61,804 nucleotides of DNA from Candidatus Omnitrophota bacterium. Its GTDB lineage: Bacteria > Omnitrophota > Gorgyraeia > JAHIPI01. The stretch's first letter is position 1, and the number at the start of each line of letters is the position of its first letter. Below, in pieces: positions 45,809-55,803 of this stretch. The translations under genes and the position numbers were made by a program. The stretch lies in contig JAHIPI010000040.1 in the NCBI GenBank assembly GCA_018894435.1, positions 1-61,804 on the forward strand, written 5' to 3'. The notes beneath the pieces are model-generated. The model saw nothing but the letters and a program-made list of their open reading frames with translations, made no database searches and was not told the DNA's origin.

Positions 45809-46622
45809 GTCCTTAGAGAAAAAATTCGGATTCAGGCCCCAGAAGAGACTGGGGCAGAATTTTTTAATAGATACGAACATACAGAAAAAGATCCTTGAGG
45901 CAGCTAATCTAAAAAAAAATGACACGGTATTAGAGGTAGGCCCGGGCCTCGGCGAGCTGACGTTTGATATGTCGAGATCGGTAAAAGAAGTTGTCGCTGT
46001 TGAGTTTGATAAGAAATTATTTTCTATTCTTGACGCGCTCGCGGGAGATTTTAAAAACATATCTATAGTGCATGAAGACTTTCTGAAGTATGATATCGCC
46101 GGGCTCTCGCCGCCGGGCGGGAAAATAAAAATCATATCGAATCTTCCATATTGTGTCAGTACGCCCATTATATTGAAACTGCTCCGGAATAAAGCCTGCA
46201 TAGAATCGGCGCTCTTGACTCTTCAGCGGGAAGTAGCCGAGAGACTTACAGCAGAACCTAAAACCAAAGCATACGGCTCGCTGACTCTCTTTACGGCGTT
46301 TCAGGCAGAAGTAAAAAGGCTCTTCAATATAAAAAAGAATTCTTTTTATCCCGTGCCGCAGGTAGACTCTGCAGTCATACTGCTGAAACCGCGCAGGGAA
46401 GCGCCGGTCCAGGTCGATGACGAGGATCTCTTATTAGCTTTAATAAAGACAGCATTTTCGTCGCGCCGGAAGACGCTTGCGAATTCGCTCTTCGCGGCCG
46501 GTTTCAAAGATCTCCCCAAAACTACCATCCAGAATATCCTCCACAAAGCGGGCATATCTGAAAATGCGCGAGCGGAAGAGCTATCGCTCTCCGATTTCGC
46601 CCGCATCGCAAATCTTTTCTGA
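45786..46622 (+). CDS. rsmA: 16S rRNA (adenine1518/1519-N6) dimethyltransferase
   Basis: RLGQNFLID, VLEVGPGLGELT, ISNLPY. Confidence 0.93.
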   Translation: MLSKSEIKSLEKKFGFRPQKRLGQNFLIDTNIQKKILEAANLKKNDTVLEVGPGLGELTFDMSRSVKEVVAVEFDKKLFSILDALAGDFKNISIVHEDFLKYDIAGLSPPGGKIKIISNLPYCVSTPIILKLLRNKACIESALLTLQREVAERLTAEPKTKAYGSLTLFTAFQAEVKRLFNIKKNSFYPVPQVDSAVILLKPRREAPVQVDDEDLLLALIKTAFSSRRKTLANSLFAAGFKDLPKTTIQNILHKAGISENARAEELSLSDFARIANLF

Positions 46623-46888
46623 AATAATATTGGTACTCTCCTCGCTCCAGGCGAAATTCTTAACGCTTCTCACTTCGTCAAAAAGTGCCCTCGCTTTGCT
46701 CGGGCACCCCGGAAAGCTATTAACGGGGGCGGGGGCGAAATAACTCGGGGGCATTACCATGCCCCCTCATCCGGCACCTATGGTGCCGGACCGCTCCGCG
46801 GAACATATTTCGCCCTTTTAAAAACCGCTTTTTGACTCGTTCGAAGCTAAATTTCGCAGTCGCTCGGAGAGGTGCCAATATTATTTCA
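46620..46888. repeat. 269-bp nested palindromic element (MITE-like or structured RNA) between rsmA and gatC
   Basis: 14-bp perfect terminal inverted repeat TGAAATAATATTGG (46620-46633 / 46875-46888), extended imperfectly to about 28 nt. Inverted internal blocks GCGAAATT, GTCAAAAAG and GGGCGAAATA. Central perfect hairpins GGGGGCAT-TACC-ATGCCCCC and CCGGCACC-TAT-GGTGCCGG. Confidence 0.8.
46685..46707 (+). repeat. copy C of the dispersed hairpin motif
   Basis: GTGCCC TCGCTTTGCTC GGGCAC, embedded in the left half of the palindromic element. Confidence 0.7.
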
Positions 46889-46898
46889 AGAGATTAAG

Positions 46899-46927
46899 TT
46901 GACATTTGGGAAATCGTGTGGTATTTT
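46899..46927 (+). promoter_or_regulatory. sigma70-like promoter for gatCAB (TTGACA-17 nt-TGGTATTTT)
   Basis: TTGACA at 46899-46904, TATTTT at 46922-46927 preceded by TGG. Confidence 0.55.
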
Positions 46928-46979
46928 ATACTATAATATTGCTCTATATACTTTTATTACCGTAAGTGTGGAGACGTAA

Positions 46980-47273
46980 GTGTCCATAACGAAAGATGAT
47001 GTAAAATATATTGCCGCTCTCGCCAGGCTTAAATTGACCGAAAAAGAGACAGAGTATTTCACGGGCCAATTAAGCAGTATAATCGACTACATAGACCAAT
47101 TGAAGGAATTGGATACCCGGAACATAGAGCCTACCACTCACCCAATGCCCATGCAGAATGTTTTCCGCCCCGATATTGTCAAGCCATCGCTCAACGCGGA
47201 TGACGTTTTAAAGAATGCGCCGGCGAAGGAAAATAACCTTTTCAAAGTTCCCAGGATTATTGAGGAAAGTTAG
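46980..47273 (+). CDS. gatC: Asp/Glu-tRNA amidotransferase subunit C
   Basis: GTG start with GGAG upstream. ITKDDVKYIAALARLKL. Confidence 0.9.
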   Translation: MSITKDDVKYIAALARLKLTEKETEYFTGQLSSIIDYIDQLKELDTRNIEPTTHPMPMQNVFRPDIVKPSLNADDVLKNAPAKENNLFKVPRIIEES

Positions 47274-48713
47274 ATGGACCTAAACAGACATACGGCACTC
47301 GCCCTTTTGGAGATGATAAAAGCAGGGAAAGCCAATGCCCGGGAAGTGCTGGATGATGTCCTTAAAAGAATAGAGTCTGTCGACAAAAAGGTAAAAGCCT
47401 TTATCAATATCGCAAGCCCCGAAACATTGAAGCGCAGGCTCTCATCGCAGCCCAAAGGCAGGCTGAGCGGTATCCCCATTGTCTTAAAAGATAATCTTTG
47501 CCAAGAAGGGCAGCCGGCAACCTGTTCCTCAAAGATTCTTAAAGGATTCAATCCGCCTTACAACGCTACGGTAGTGGAAAAATTGGAAAAAGACGGTGCC
47601 GTTATAATCGGAAAGGCCAATATGGATGAGTTTGCTTTTGGCTCTTCCTGCGAAACATCTTCTTACGGCGCCACAAAAAATCCATGGGACCTTACGCGGA
47701 TACCGGGCGGTTCGAGCGGCGGTTCCGCCGCGGCAGTAGCGGCAGACGAGACGATTTTAGCCCTCGGTTCGGATACGGGCGGTTCCATACGCCAGCCCGC
47801 CGCTTTATGCGGCGTTGTCGGATTAAAGCCGACTTACGGGCGCGTTTCGCGCTACGGGCTCATTGCATTTGCGTCAAGCCTGGATCAGATAGGTCCCATA
47901 GCTAAGGATGTTGCCGATTGCGCGCTGCTTCTTAATGTAATAGCGGGCTACGATGAAAAAGATTCCACATCTGTAAATGCGCCGGTTCCCGATTATCTTG
48001 ACTCACTTGGCCGCGATATAAGCGGGCTTAAAGCGGGAGTGCCGAAGGAATATTTTGTAGAGGGGTTGGACAAGGAAGTGAGGAATAGCGTAAGAGAGGC
48101 TATAAATGTTTTTAAAAAACTTGGCGTAAAGATAATGGACATAAGCCTTCCGCACACCAAATATGCGGTAAGCACTTATTATATAATTGCCCCCGCGGAA
48201 GCAAGTTCAAATCTCGCGCGTTTCGACGGTGTCCAATACGGCCACAGGCGAAAAGGCGCCAAAAATATCATAGATATGTACAAAGATACTAGGTCAGAGG
48301 GGTTCGGAGACGAAGCGAAACGGCGTATCATGCTGGGTACTTACGTTCTTAGCAGCGGTTATTACGATGCTTATTATCTTAAGGCGCTTAAAGTCAGGAC
48401 GAAGATAAGAGAAGATTTTGAGAAGGCTTTCAAAGAGTGCGATTTCATAATTACTCCTACATCCCCTACGGCAGCATTCAAGATAGGAGAAAAGACAGGC
48501 GACCCTATCAGCATGTATCTTTCGGACGTTTATACTATCCCGGCCAATTTGGCGGGAATACCGGGCATATCGATACCTTGCGGCTTTACCGAAAACGGGC
48601 TGCCGATAGGCCTTCAGATACTTGCAAGGGCGTTTGGGGAAGAGACGATCTTCAAAGCGGCGCACGCCTTTGAGCGGAGCACGGATTTTCATAAAAGGAA
48701 ACCGGCATTATGA
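47274..48713 (+). CDS. gatA: Asp/Glu-tRNA amidotransferase subunit A
   Basis: Amidase signature [12 protein letters not shown], 479 aa. Confidence 0.95.
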   Translation: MDLNRHTALALLEMIKAGKANAREVLDDVLKRIESVDKKVKAFINIASPETLKRRLSSQPKGRLSGIPIVLKDNLCQEGQPATCSSKILKGFNPPYNATVVEKLEKDGAVIIGKANMDEFAFGSSCETSSYGATKNPWDLTRIPGGSSGGSAAAVAADETILALGSDTGGSIRQPAALCGVVGLKPTYGRVSRYGLIAFASSLDQIGPIAKDVADCALLLNVIAGYDEKDSTSVNAPVPDYLDSLGRDISGLKAGVPKEYFVEGLDKEVRNSVREAINVFKKLGVKIMDISLPHTKYAVSTYYIIAPAEASSNLARFDGVQYGHRRKGAKNIIDMYKDTRSEGFGDEAKRRIMLGTYVLSSGYYDAYYLKALKVRTKIREDFEKAFKECDFIITPTSPTAAFKIGEKTGDPISMYLSDVYTIPANLAGIPGISIPCGFTENGLPIGLQILARAFGEETIFKAAHAFERSTDFHKRKPAL

Positions 48714-50134
48714 AATACGATGTTTACATAGGGCTTGAGGTTCATCTTCAGCTGTCAACAAAGACAAAAGCGTTCTGTTCCTGCGGCACCGTCTTCGGCG
48801 AAGCGCCGAACAGTCAAACGTGCCCCGTATGCCTTGGCCTTCCGGGCGCGCTGCCTGTCCTGAATAAAGAGGTGCTTACAAGCGCCATAAAAGTTGCGCT
48901 CGCTCTTGACTGTTCGATAGCCGAAAGGATGAAATTTGACCGCAAAAATTATTATTACCCTGATCTACCGAAGAATTTTCAGATCTCACAATATGACAAG
49001 CCGCTTTCATATGACGGGCACCTGGACATAACTATCGGCGGAAAAGAAAAGAGGATAGGCGTAAAAAGGGTGCACATAGAAGAAGACGCGGGTAAATTAT
49101 TTCATAAAGCGGATTACAGCCTTGTGGACTATAACAGGACAGGTACTCCGCTTCTGGAAATAGTATCCGAGCCGGATATGTCATCACCGGAAGAGGCATA
49201 TGCGTATTTAGCGACTCTAAAGTCCGTATTGAAATATCTGGACGTCTCGGATTGTAACATGGAGGAAGGCAGCCTGCGGTGCGACGCGAATATATCTTTG
49301 AATCGAAAAGGTTCGGGGAAGCTGGGCACAAAGACGGAGCTTAAGAACATGAATTCATTTAAGTGGGTCAGGAGCGCCCTGGAGTACGAAATCAACAGGC
49401 AGTCCGAAATACTCGATGATGGCGGAAAGATTACCCAGGAAACGCGGTTATGGAACGCTGATAAGGCCGTCACTATTTCCATGCGCACGAAAGAGGAGGC
49501 CCACGATTACCGCTATTTTCCCGAGCCGGACCTTGTGCCTTTTAGCGTAAGCAGGGAATTGGTCGACGAGGTAAAGCGCGCGATTCCGGAGCTTCCGAAA
49601 GAGCGGATGGCGCGTTTTGTTTCGCAGTATGCTATACCGGCTTACGACGCCTCGGTGCTTACACAGGAAAAGAAGGCCGCCGATTTTTTTGAAGAGGCCG
49701 TAAGGATACATAGTAATCCCAAGGGTATATCAAATTGGATAATGGGAACTTTAAATGCCATACTTAATGAGAAACGCCTGGATATAGACAGGACAAAGCT
49801 TTTACCCGCTAACCTTGCGCTTATGGTAAAGATGATAGACGACGGCGCGATAAGCGCCAAAATAGGAAAAGAGATGCTTTTGGAAATGGTTGATACGGGA
49901 GAGTCGCCGGATGTATTGGTAGAAAAGAAAGGGCTCAGGCAGATTTCAGATGCCGGGGCGCTTGAAGGTATTATAGATAAAATCATTAAAGAAAACGAAA
50001 GATCGGTAAGCGATTATAAATCGGGCAAGAAAAACGCATTGGCGCATCTTGTGGGGCAGATAATGAAGGATACCAAAGGACGCGCAAACCCCAAAACCGT
50101 CAATGAAATCTTGCTCAAAAAATTGGAGGGGTAA
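48710..50134 (+). CDS. gatB: Asp/Glu-tRNA amidotransferase subunit B
   Basis: [13 protein letters not shown] and a C-terminal GatB/YqeY domain. Confidence 0.95.
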   Translation: MKYDVYIGLEVHLQLSTKTKAFCSCGTVFGEAPNSQTCPVCLGLPGALPVLNKEVLTSAIKVALALDCSIAERMKFDRKNYYYPDLPKNFQISQYDKPLSYDGHLDITIGGKEKRIGVKRVHIEEDAGKLFHKADYSLVDYNRTGTPLLEIVSEPDMSSPEEAYAYLATLKSVLKYLDVSDCNMEEGSLRCDANISLNRKGSGKLGTKTELKNMNSFKWVRSALEYEINRQSEILDDGGKITQETRLWNADKAVTISMRTKEEAHDYRYFPEPDLVPFSVSRELVDEVKRAIPELPKERMARFVSQYAIPAYDASVLTQEKKAADFFEEAVRIHSNPKGISNWIMGTLNAILNEKRLDIDRTKLLPANLALMVKMIDDGAISAKIGKEMLLEMVDTGESPDVLVEKKGLRQISDAGALEGIIDKIIKENERSVSDYKSGKKNALAHLVGQIMKDTKGRANPKTVNEILLKKLEG

Positions 50135-50142
50135 TATACATC

Positions 50143-51414
50143 ATGAAGGCAAAAAAGATTCTCTTATGGATAGTTGTGCTGGCGTTGTTGTTTACATTAA
50201 GGACGGCTAATTGCGCCCAGAAGGCCGAAAAGCGCCAAGACATGTCGGCGATGTACGAACAGATACAGCTATTCTCAGATGCCATTACCATCATACAGAA
50301 GAATTATGTGGATACCATAGAGCCCAAAAAATTGATATACGGCGCGCTCGGAGGCATGCTGAGGGCGCTTGACCCATACAGCCAGTTTATGGATCCCGAT
50401 ATGTACAACGAGATAAAAGTGGAGACCACCGGCAAATTCGGCGGGCTGGGCATAGAGATATCAATACGCGATAACCTCTTGACCGTAATAGCGCCCATAG
50501 ATGGTACGCCAGCGTATAAGGCAGGCATAAAGGCGCTCGACAGGATAGTGAAGATCAACAATGAGTCCACAAGAGATATAACCCTGCTCGAGGCCGTAAA
50601 GAAATTAAGGGGAGAACCGGGCACGACAGTCGATGTTACGGTTTTGCGCGAAGGCGAGAAGAAGCTTTTGGATTTTACTATAAAAAGGGACATAATAAAA
50701 GTAGACAGCTTAAAGAAAGCGGAAGTACTGGAAGGCGACATAGGATATATCAGGCTTATCGAATTTCAGCAGGACACCTCCAAGGAACTTGATAAAGCGC
50801 TTGCCTCTCTTGAAGTCAAAAATATCAAGGGACTTATACTGGACCTGAGGGATAACCCAGGCGGGTTGTTGGACAGCGCCGTTGATGTGTCGGATAAGTT
50901 CCTGCATAACAATGAAATTATAGTGACGACAAAAGGCAGGCAGGAAGATCAGGTTTTGGAGTTCAGGGCGCGTAAGAAAGGCGCCCTGCATGATTATCCG
51001 ATAGCCATCCTTGTAAACGGCGGATCAGCAAGCGCTTCTGAGATAGTTGCCGGCGCGATACAGGATAATAAGAGAGGGCTTGTGATCGGCATAAAGACTT
51101 TCGGCAAAGGATCTGTCCAGACTGTTGTACCATTACCGGACGGCTCGGCACTCCGGATCACGACGGCGAAGTATCTTACGCCGAGCGGCCGCTCAATAAT
51201 GAACGACGGCATAGAGCCGGATGTAGTAGTTGAACAAAAAGAATATAAAGAGTCGGCAAAAGAAAATGCCGAAGATATATTTGAGAGCCTCGAAGAGAAA
51301 GACCTGGAGAAAGCGCTCGAGGAGAATAAAAAAGCGTATGACCACCAGCTTTCGACGGGCATCAATATATTACGCGGGATAATAGCTTATAACGGTAAAG
51401 GCATTCGTGATTGA
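50143..51414 (+). CDS. ctpA: carboxy-terminal processing (S41) protease with PDZ domain
   Basis: GGSASASEI (catalytic Ser), TFGKGSVQ (Lys), PDZ GTPAYKAGIKALDRIVKIN. Confidence 0.9.
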   Translation: MKAKKILLWIVVLALLFTLRTANCAQKAEKRQDMSAMYEQIQLFSDAITIIQKNYVDTIEPKKLIYGALGGMLRALDPYSQFMDPDMYNEIKVETTGKFGGLGIEISIRDNLLTVIAPIDGTPAYKAGIKALDRIVKINNESTRDITLLEAVKKLRGEPGTTVDVTVLREGEKKLLDFTIKRDIIKVDSLKKAEVLEGDIGYIRLIEFQQDTSKELDKALASLEVKNIKGLILDLRDNPGGLLDSAVDVSDKFLHNNEIIVTTKGRQEDQVLEFRARKKGALHDYPIAILVNGGSASASEIVAGAIQDNKRGLVIGIKTFGKGSVQTVVPLPDGSALRITTAKYLTPSGRSIMNDGIEPDVVVEQKEYKESAKENAEDIFESLEEKDLEKALEENKKAYDHQLSTGINILRGIIAYNGKGIRD

Positions 51415-52510
51415 TTTTTTATCCGGTCGCGCAAAGCTTATCATAGCTCTTCTTGCGGCCCTTGTGGTGGTTTTCGTGCTTTTTGCGCGAAGAGACTATA
51501 CAGGGAATACCGAGCGCCTTGACTCTATGATCTTGGAAACGGTACGGGATTCTGGTGTTCCCGACAGCGATTTTGTTTTCGGCAAACAAGAGAAAGGTAA
51601 AAGCGGCGGCCGCACCTTCTTAAAGATCACGCGCCGCTACGAAGTAAGCCGGAGCTTTGACCTTAACAGATTTCAGTCCGAGATAGACAAAAAGCTGCGT
51701 AAGACAGGTTTTAAAACCGTAAAATCCGTTTTCGAAAAGCGCGGGGAGCGCGAGGAACATACAGTCTATTTTTCCTTTAAAAACAGGATAATATATGAGA
51801 TATCGTTTTTGAAGAAAGCATATGGGCGTATTTCGCGCCGAGGCGCAAAGAATGCTAAGATCGCTATAGTCCTGGATGACTTTGGTTATAACATGAATAA
51901 TCTCGAAACTCTTTACGGCATAAACGCGCCTATTACGATATCGATTCTGCCGAATATCACTTATTCAAAAAGGATTGCGGAAGAGGCGAGCGCAAAGAAT
52001 ATAGAGATCCTTTTACATCTGCCGCTTGAACCGCGCGGAGAAGAAGATAATCTGGAGCCCGGGACCATAAAGGTCGGTATGCCGCCCAGAGAAGTCAAGG
52101 CGTTGTTGAAAAAGGCGATAGAAAGCGTGCCGCGAATAAAAGGCGTCTCTAATCATATGGGCTCAAAGGCCACAGAAGACAAAGAGCTGATGAAGGTAAT
52201 ATTTGACGAGCTCAAAAAGCGGCGCTTATATTTTATGGACAGCCTTGTTACCGACAGCTCTATGTGCGAAGTCGCGGCCCTTAAGTCCGGATTGCGCATT
52301 GCGACAAGAGATGTATTTCTGGATAACGAATCGGACGAAAGATATATAGAAAATCAACTAAGGCGCACTGCCGAAATAGCCGCAAAAAGCGGCTCAGCCG
52401 TAGGGCTGGGCCACGACCGGCCGAACACAATACGCGTATTGGCAAAGATCATCCCAGAACTTAAAAGCGAAGGATTTCAATTTGTCTATCTTTCGGAACT
52501 CGTGAAGTGA
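51407..52510 (+). CDS. divergent polysaccharide deacetylase family protein (YibQ-like)
   Basis: N-terminal TM, IAIVLDDFGYN, NHMGSKATED. Confidence 0.8.
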   Translation: MIDFLSGRAKLIIALLAALVVVFVLFARRDYTGNTERLDSMILETVRDSGVPDSDFVFGKQEKGKSGGRTFLKITRRYEVSRSFDLNRFQSEIDKKLRKTGFKTVKSVFEKRGEREEHTVYFSFKNRIIYEISFLKKAYGRISRRGAKNAKIAIVLDDFGYNMNNLETLYGINAPITISILPNITYSKRIAEEASAKNIEILLHLPLEPRGEEDNLEPGTIKVGMPPREVKALLKKAIESVPRIKGVSNHMGSKATEDKELMKVIFDELKKRRLYFMDSLVTDSSMCEVAALKSGLRIATRDVFLDNESDERYIENQLRRTAEIAAKSGSAVGLGHDRPNTIRVLAKIIPELKSEGFQFVYLSELVK

Positions 52511-52511
52511 T

Positions 52512-53519
52512 ATGATAGTCTTAGGCATAGAGACCTCATGCGATGAAACTGCCGTGGCAGTTCTTAAAGATAATACGATACTTTCTAATTCGGTTTCATC
52601 TAGCATTGACCTGCATAAGGACTTCGGAGGCGTGATACCCGAGATAGCATGCAGGTATCATGTGGAGTATATAAACTATGTCCTTCGCGATGCCCTTAAA
52701 GCGGCAGGCAAGACTTTAAAAGATGTAGACCTTATTGCTGTTACGGTCAAGCCGGGGCTTGTGGGCGCGCTTTTAGTAGGCGTGTCACTTGCCAAGGCGC
52801 TGGCCTTATCGCTGGATGTGCCGATAATAGGGGTGGATCACCTGATAGCGCACTTGTATGCGCCATGCGTAAGCGGTGAGAATGTTAAATTCCCGTTTGT
52901 CGGGATGGTGGTATCGGGCGGGCACACAAATCTATTTTTAGTACGCAGCGTAACAAAATATAAACTATTGGGACAGACGCTGGATGATGCCGCAGGCGAG
53001 GCATTCGATAAAGTTGCAAAACTCCTGGGGTTGGGGTATCCGGGCGGCCCGGTCATACAGAAAATGGCAGCGAAAGGCAGGGTGGATAAGAAACTTTTTT
53101 CTCTCGAAAGCTTTGACGGCAGCCTCAATTTCAGTTTTAGCGGCATTAAGACGGCGGTTCTTTACCACTTGCGGGATAGGCTAAAGAAAGGGAAACTAGC
53201 CGCCAAAGAGATCAATGATATTGCCGCAAGTTTTCAGGATGCGGTAACCGATATTTTGACAAAAAAAGCTATCCTTGCGTGCGAAAGAGAGAGGGTGTAT
53301 ACTTTGGTATTGGGCGGCGGAGTAACGGCTAATGAGGAGCTGAGGCGGAAGATAGCCGGCGCTACGCAATATAGCGGTATAAAGCTGTATCTTCCCCTCA
53401 AAAAATTGTGTCTGGATAACGCTGCGATGGTTGCGGGATTGGGAGGGGCGCTGTACAAAAGGAGAGTAATATCCGATCTTGGTATCAGCGCTGAATCAAG
53501 CAGTATTTATGCCGCATAA
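52512..53519 (+). CDS. tsaD: tRNA N6-adenosine threonylcarbamoyltransferase
   Basis: LGIETSCDETAVAV and GVDHLIAHL. Confidence 0.95.
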   Translation: MIVLGIETSCDETAVAVLKDNTILSNSVSSSIDLHKDFGGVIPEIACRYHVEYINYVLRDALKAAGKTLKDVDLIAVTVKPGLVGALLVGVSLAKALALSLDVPIIGVDHLIAHLYAPCVSGENVKFPFVGMVVSGGHTNLFLVRSVTKYKLLGQTLDDAAGEAFDKVAKLLGLGYPGGPVIQKMAAKGRVDKKLFSLESFDGSLNFSFSGIKTAVLYHLRDRLKKGKLAAKEINDIAASFQDAVTDILTKKAILACERERVYTLVLGGGVTANEELRRKIAGATQYSGIKLYLPLKKLCLDNAAMVAGLGGALYKRRVISDLGISAESSSIYAA

Positions 53520-53541
53520 AAAATTTTAAAAAGGAGAGTCC

Positions 53542-53982
53542 ATGATACAAGTTAGCGATTGGCAAATGATAATGCGCCTTGTAATGAGCGTGCTCCTTTG
53601 CGGAGCAATCGGCCTGGAACGGGAGGTGCGCGGGAGATCCGCGGGCCTGAGGACGCATATATTGGTGGGCTTAAGCTCGTGCCTTTTGATGATAATATCT
53701 ATTTTTGTGGCGCAGAGTTTCGGTGAAGCGCATATGTTTGACCCGGGGCGTATAGCAGCGGGAGTAGTGACGGGCATGGGGTTTCTCGGCGCCGGCACAA
53801 TAATACGCTACGGCGAGTCTATAAAAGGATTGACTACGGCAGCGAGTTTATGGGCGGTAACGGCAGTAGGATTGGCCGTAGGAGCCGGATTTTATCTGGC
53901 GGCATATGTTTCAACAGCTTTAATTCTAATAACGCTTTTTGCATTATCACGAGTTGAAAAAAGTATCAGTAAAGGGAAATAA
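53542..53982 (+). CDS. mgtC: MgtC/SapB-family membrane protein (short form)
   Basis: GLEREVRGRSAGLRTHILV, four TM segments. Confidence 0.85.
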   Translation: MIQVSDWQMIMRLVMSVLLCGAIGLEREVRGRSAGLRTHILVGLSSCLLMIISIFVAQSFGEAHMFDPGRIAAGVVTGMGFLGAGTIIRYGESIKGLTTAASLWAVTAVGLAVGAGFYLAAYVSTALILITLFALSRVEKSISKGK

Positions 53983-53996
53983 ATAGGAGGTGCGGC

Positions 53997-54527
53997 ATGA
54001 TGAAGAGGAGAGAAGCCGTAGAAAAAGTGCTTGATGTTGATGCCACTATGCAGGGTTCGTTGACGTTTAAGGATCCGGTGAATCTGCGCATAAACGGCAG
54101 TTTTGACGGGACACTTGATACGAAAGGCACTCTGACAATCAGCGAAAGCGCTATTGTCAGAGCAGAAATAAGGGGCGAGAGCATAATCGTTGCCGGCCGC
54201 GTATACGGCAATATAATCGCCGAACGCGAGCTTAAAATAATTCCGCCGGCACATGTTACGGGCAATGTTACCACGCCGCGCCTCAATATACTTGACGGGG
54301 CCGTGTTGGACGGCGAATGTCACATGACTACGCCCGGGAGCCATTCAAGCAGCGCGACAAAGAATGTTATGACAGCAGAGGAGCTCGCCAAGTATCTTGA
54401 AGTGGAGACCCCCATGATTTTTGAATGGGCCTCCTCCGGCAAGCTTCCGGCTTTCAAAGACAAAGACAACTGGAAATTTGAGAGAAATAGAATAGACGAG
54501 TGGATAGCAAACGGCAAAGTGATCTAG
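53997..54527 (+). CDS. bactofilin domain fused to a C-terminal excisionase-type HTH
   Basis: Bactofilin beta-helix repeats (LRINGSFDGTLDTKGTLTISESAIVRAEIRGESIIVAGRVYGNIIA...LDGAVLDGECHM). An S-rich linker, then MTAEELAKYLEVETPMIFEWASSGKLPAFKDKDNWKFERNRIDEWI. Confidence 0.8.
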   Translation: MMKRREAVEKVLDVDATMQGSLTFKDPVNLRINGSFDGTLDTKGTLTISESAIVRAEIRGESIIVAGRVYGNIIAERELKIIPPAHVTGNVTTPRLNILDGAVLDGECHMTTPGSHSSSATKNVMTAEELAKYLEVETPMIFEWASSGKLPAFKDKDNWKFERNRIDEWIANGKVI

Positions 54528-54652
54528 GTAATAAATGCAAGAAAATAGCCCGCTAATGGCGTTAAGCTATTTCCTTGGTGGAACTCGGGAGATTTATAAT
54601 GCTAATGAGTAAGACAAATTGCGCGAATAAGCGCTGGGAAGAAAAATAGCGT

Positions 54653-55027
54653 ATGCACCAAGAAAAACTTTTAAACATAAAAGAGGTGGCGGAATATTTA
54701 GGCCTTTCCGAAGAAAAGGTAAAGCGCCTTGTCTCCGCAGGGGATATCCCTGCATATAAGATTGCCGGGCTTCTGCTCAGATTTAAAAAAGACCAGATAG
54801 ATCAATACAAAAGAAAGATAATTTCGGGTGATACAACGCAGGCAATTCCGGCTTCTTTCCGGATAGAACGAAAAGCAGGCGCAGCCAGACGTGCTTTTGC
54901 AAAAGAGGAAGCGGCGGTACCTTATTCGGTTATGGAAAAGCTCGAAGACTTCCTTTACTATAACGATTTTTACATTCTGTCGCTCATTCTGCTTCTGCTT
55001 GTGCTATTCGCAATTTTTGATATGTAG
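54653..55027 (+). CDS. excisionase-type HTH protein with a C-terminal transmembrane anchor
   Basis: LLNIKEVAEYLGLSEEKVKRLVSAGDIPAYKIAGLLLRFKKDQIDQY, then the C-terminal YILSLILLLLVLFAIF. Confidence 0.7.
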   Translation: MHQEKLLNIKEVAEYLGLSEEKVKRLVSAGDIPAYKIAGLLLRFKKDQIDQYKRKIISGDTTQAIPASFRIERKAGAARRAFAKEEAAVPYSVMEKLEDFLYYNDFYILSLILLLLVLFAIFDM

Positions 55028-55032
55028 GGCTT

Positions 55033-55803
55033 ATGCGGAGTGAAAAGATTTTACTGGATGTCCTCGCGAAAGTGAGGGCCGGGAAGATTTCTAAAAATAA
55101 GGCGGCCAGAGCGCTAAGCGGATTTCCTTCTCGCGAACTTGAATTCGCCAATATAGATTGCGCGAGGCACGCACGATGCGGCTTTCCTGAAGCAGTTTAT
55201 TGCGAAGGCAAGACAGTAGAACAGATCAGGCGGATATCACGCGAGATATTGAAGTGCGACGGGTTTCTTCTTTTGACGCGATTGGCCGAAAGTTCCTATA
55301 AAAAGATAAAGCGGTCTTTCCCGCATTTAAAATACAATAAGCTTGGCAGGGTAGCCTATTGCCGGAAGGCTTTGGCGCCGGCATGGAAGAACAAGAATAG
55401 AAAAGTTATTCTTATAATAACTGCGGGGACTTCCGATATCCCGGTTGCCGAGGAAGCGAAGGCGACACTTTTAGCTGTAGGCGCAAACGTCAGGACTCTC
55501 TACGATGTCGGTGTAGCGGGCATCCACCGCGTTTTAAATAAAGTGGATGAGCTTAGAGAGGCCAATGTCATCATAGTGGCGGCCGGCATGGATGGCGCCC
55601 TCGCGAGCGTTGTGGGTGGAATTGTCTCAAAGCCCGTGATCGCCGTTCCTACAAGCTGCGGTTACGGGGCGAGCTTTAAAGGGCTGGCGGCGCTTCTTAC
55701 CATGCTTAACAGCTGCGCGCCGGGTGTATCCGTTGTAAATATTGATAATGGTTTCGGCGCCGCATACATAGCGAACATGATTAATAATATGAATCTTAAG
55801 TAG
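55033..55803 (+). CDS. larB: LarB-like (PurE-fold) nickel-pincer cofactor biosynthesis carboxylase/hydrolase
   Basis: VILIITAGTSDIPVAEEA, AGMDGALASVVGG, PTSCGYG. Confidence 0.8.
   Translation: MRSEKILLDVLAKVRAGKISKNKAARALSGFPSRELEFANIDCARHARCGFPEAVYCEGKTVEQIRRISREILKCDGFLLLTRLAESSYKKIKRSFPHLKYNKLGRVAYCRKALAPAWKNKNRKVILIITAGTSDIPVAEEAKATLLAVGANVRTLYDVGVAGIHRVLNKVDELREANVIIVAAGMDGALASVVGGIVSKPVIAVPTSCGYGASFKGLAALLTMLNSCAPGVSVVNIDNGFGAAYIANMINNMNLK

Noticed and set aside
54600-54650. A 16-aa ORF (MLMSKTNCANKRWEEK) and the AAATAGC/GCTATTT hairpin in the 54528-54652 spacer.
   Set aside because: Too short and without an RBS. The hairpin is weak (7 bp, AT-rich, 15-nt loop).
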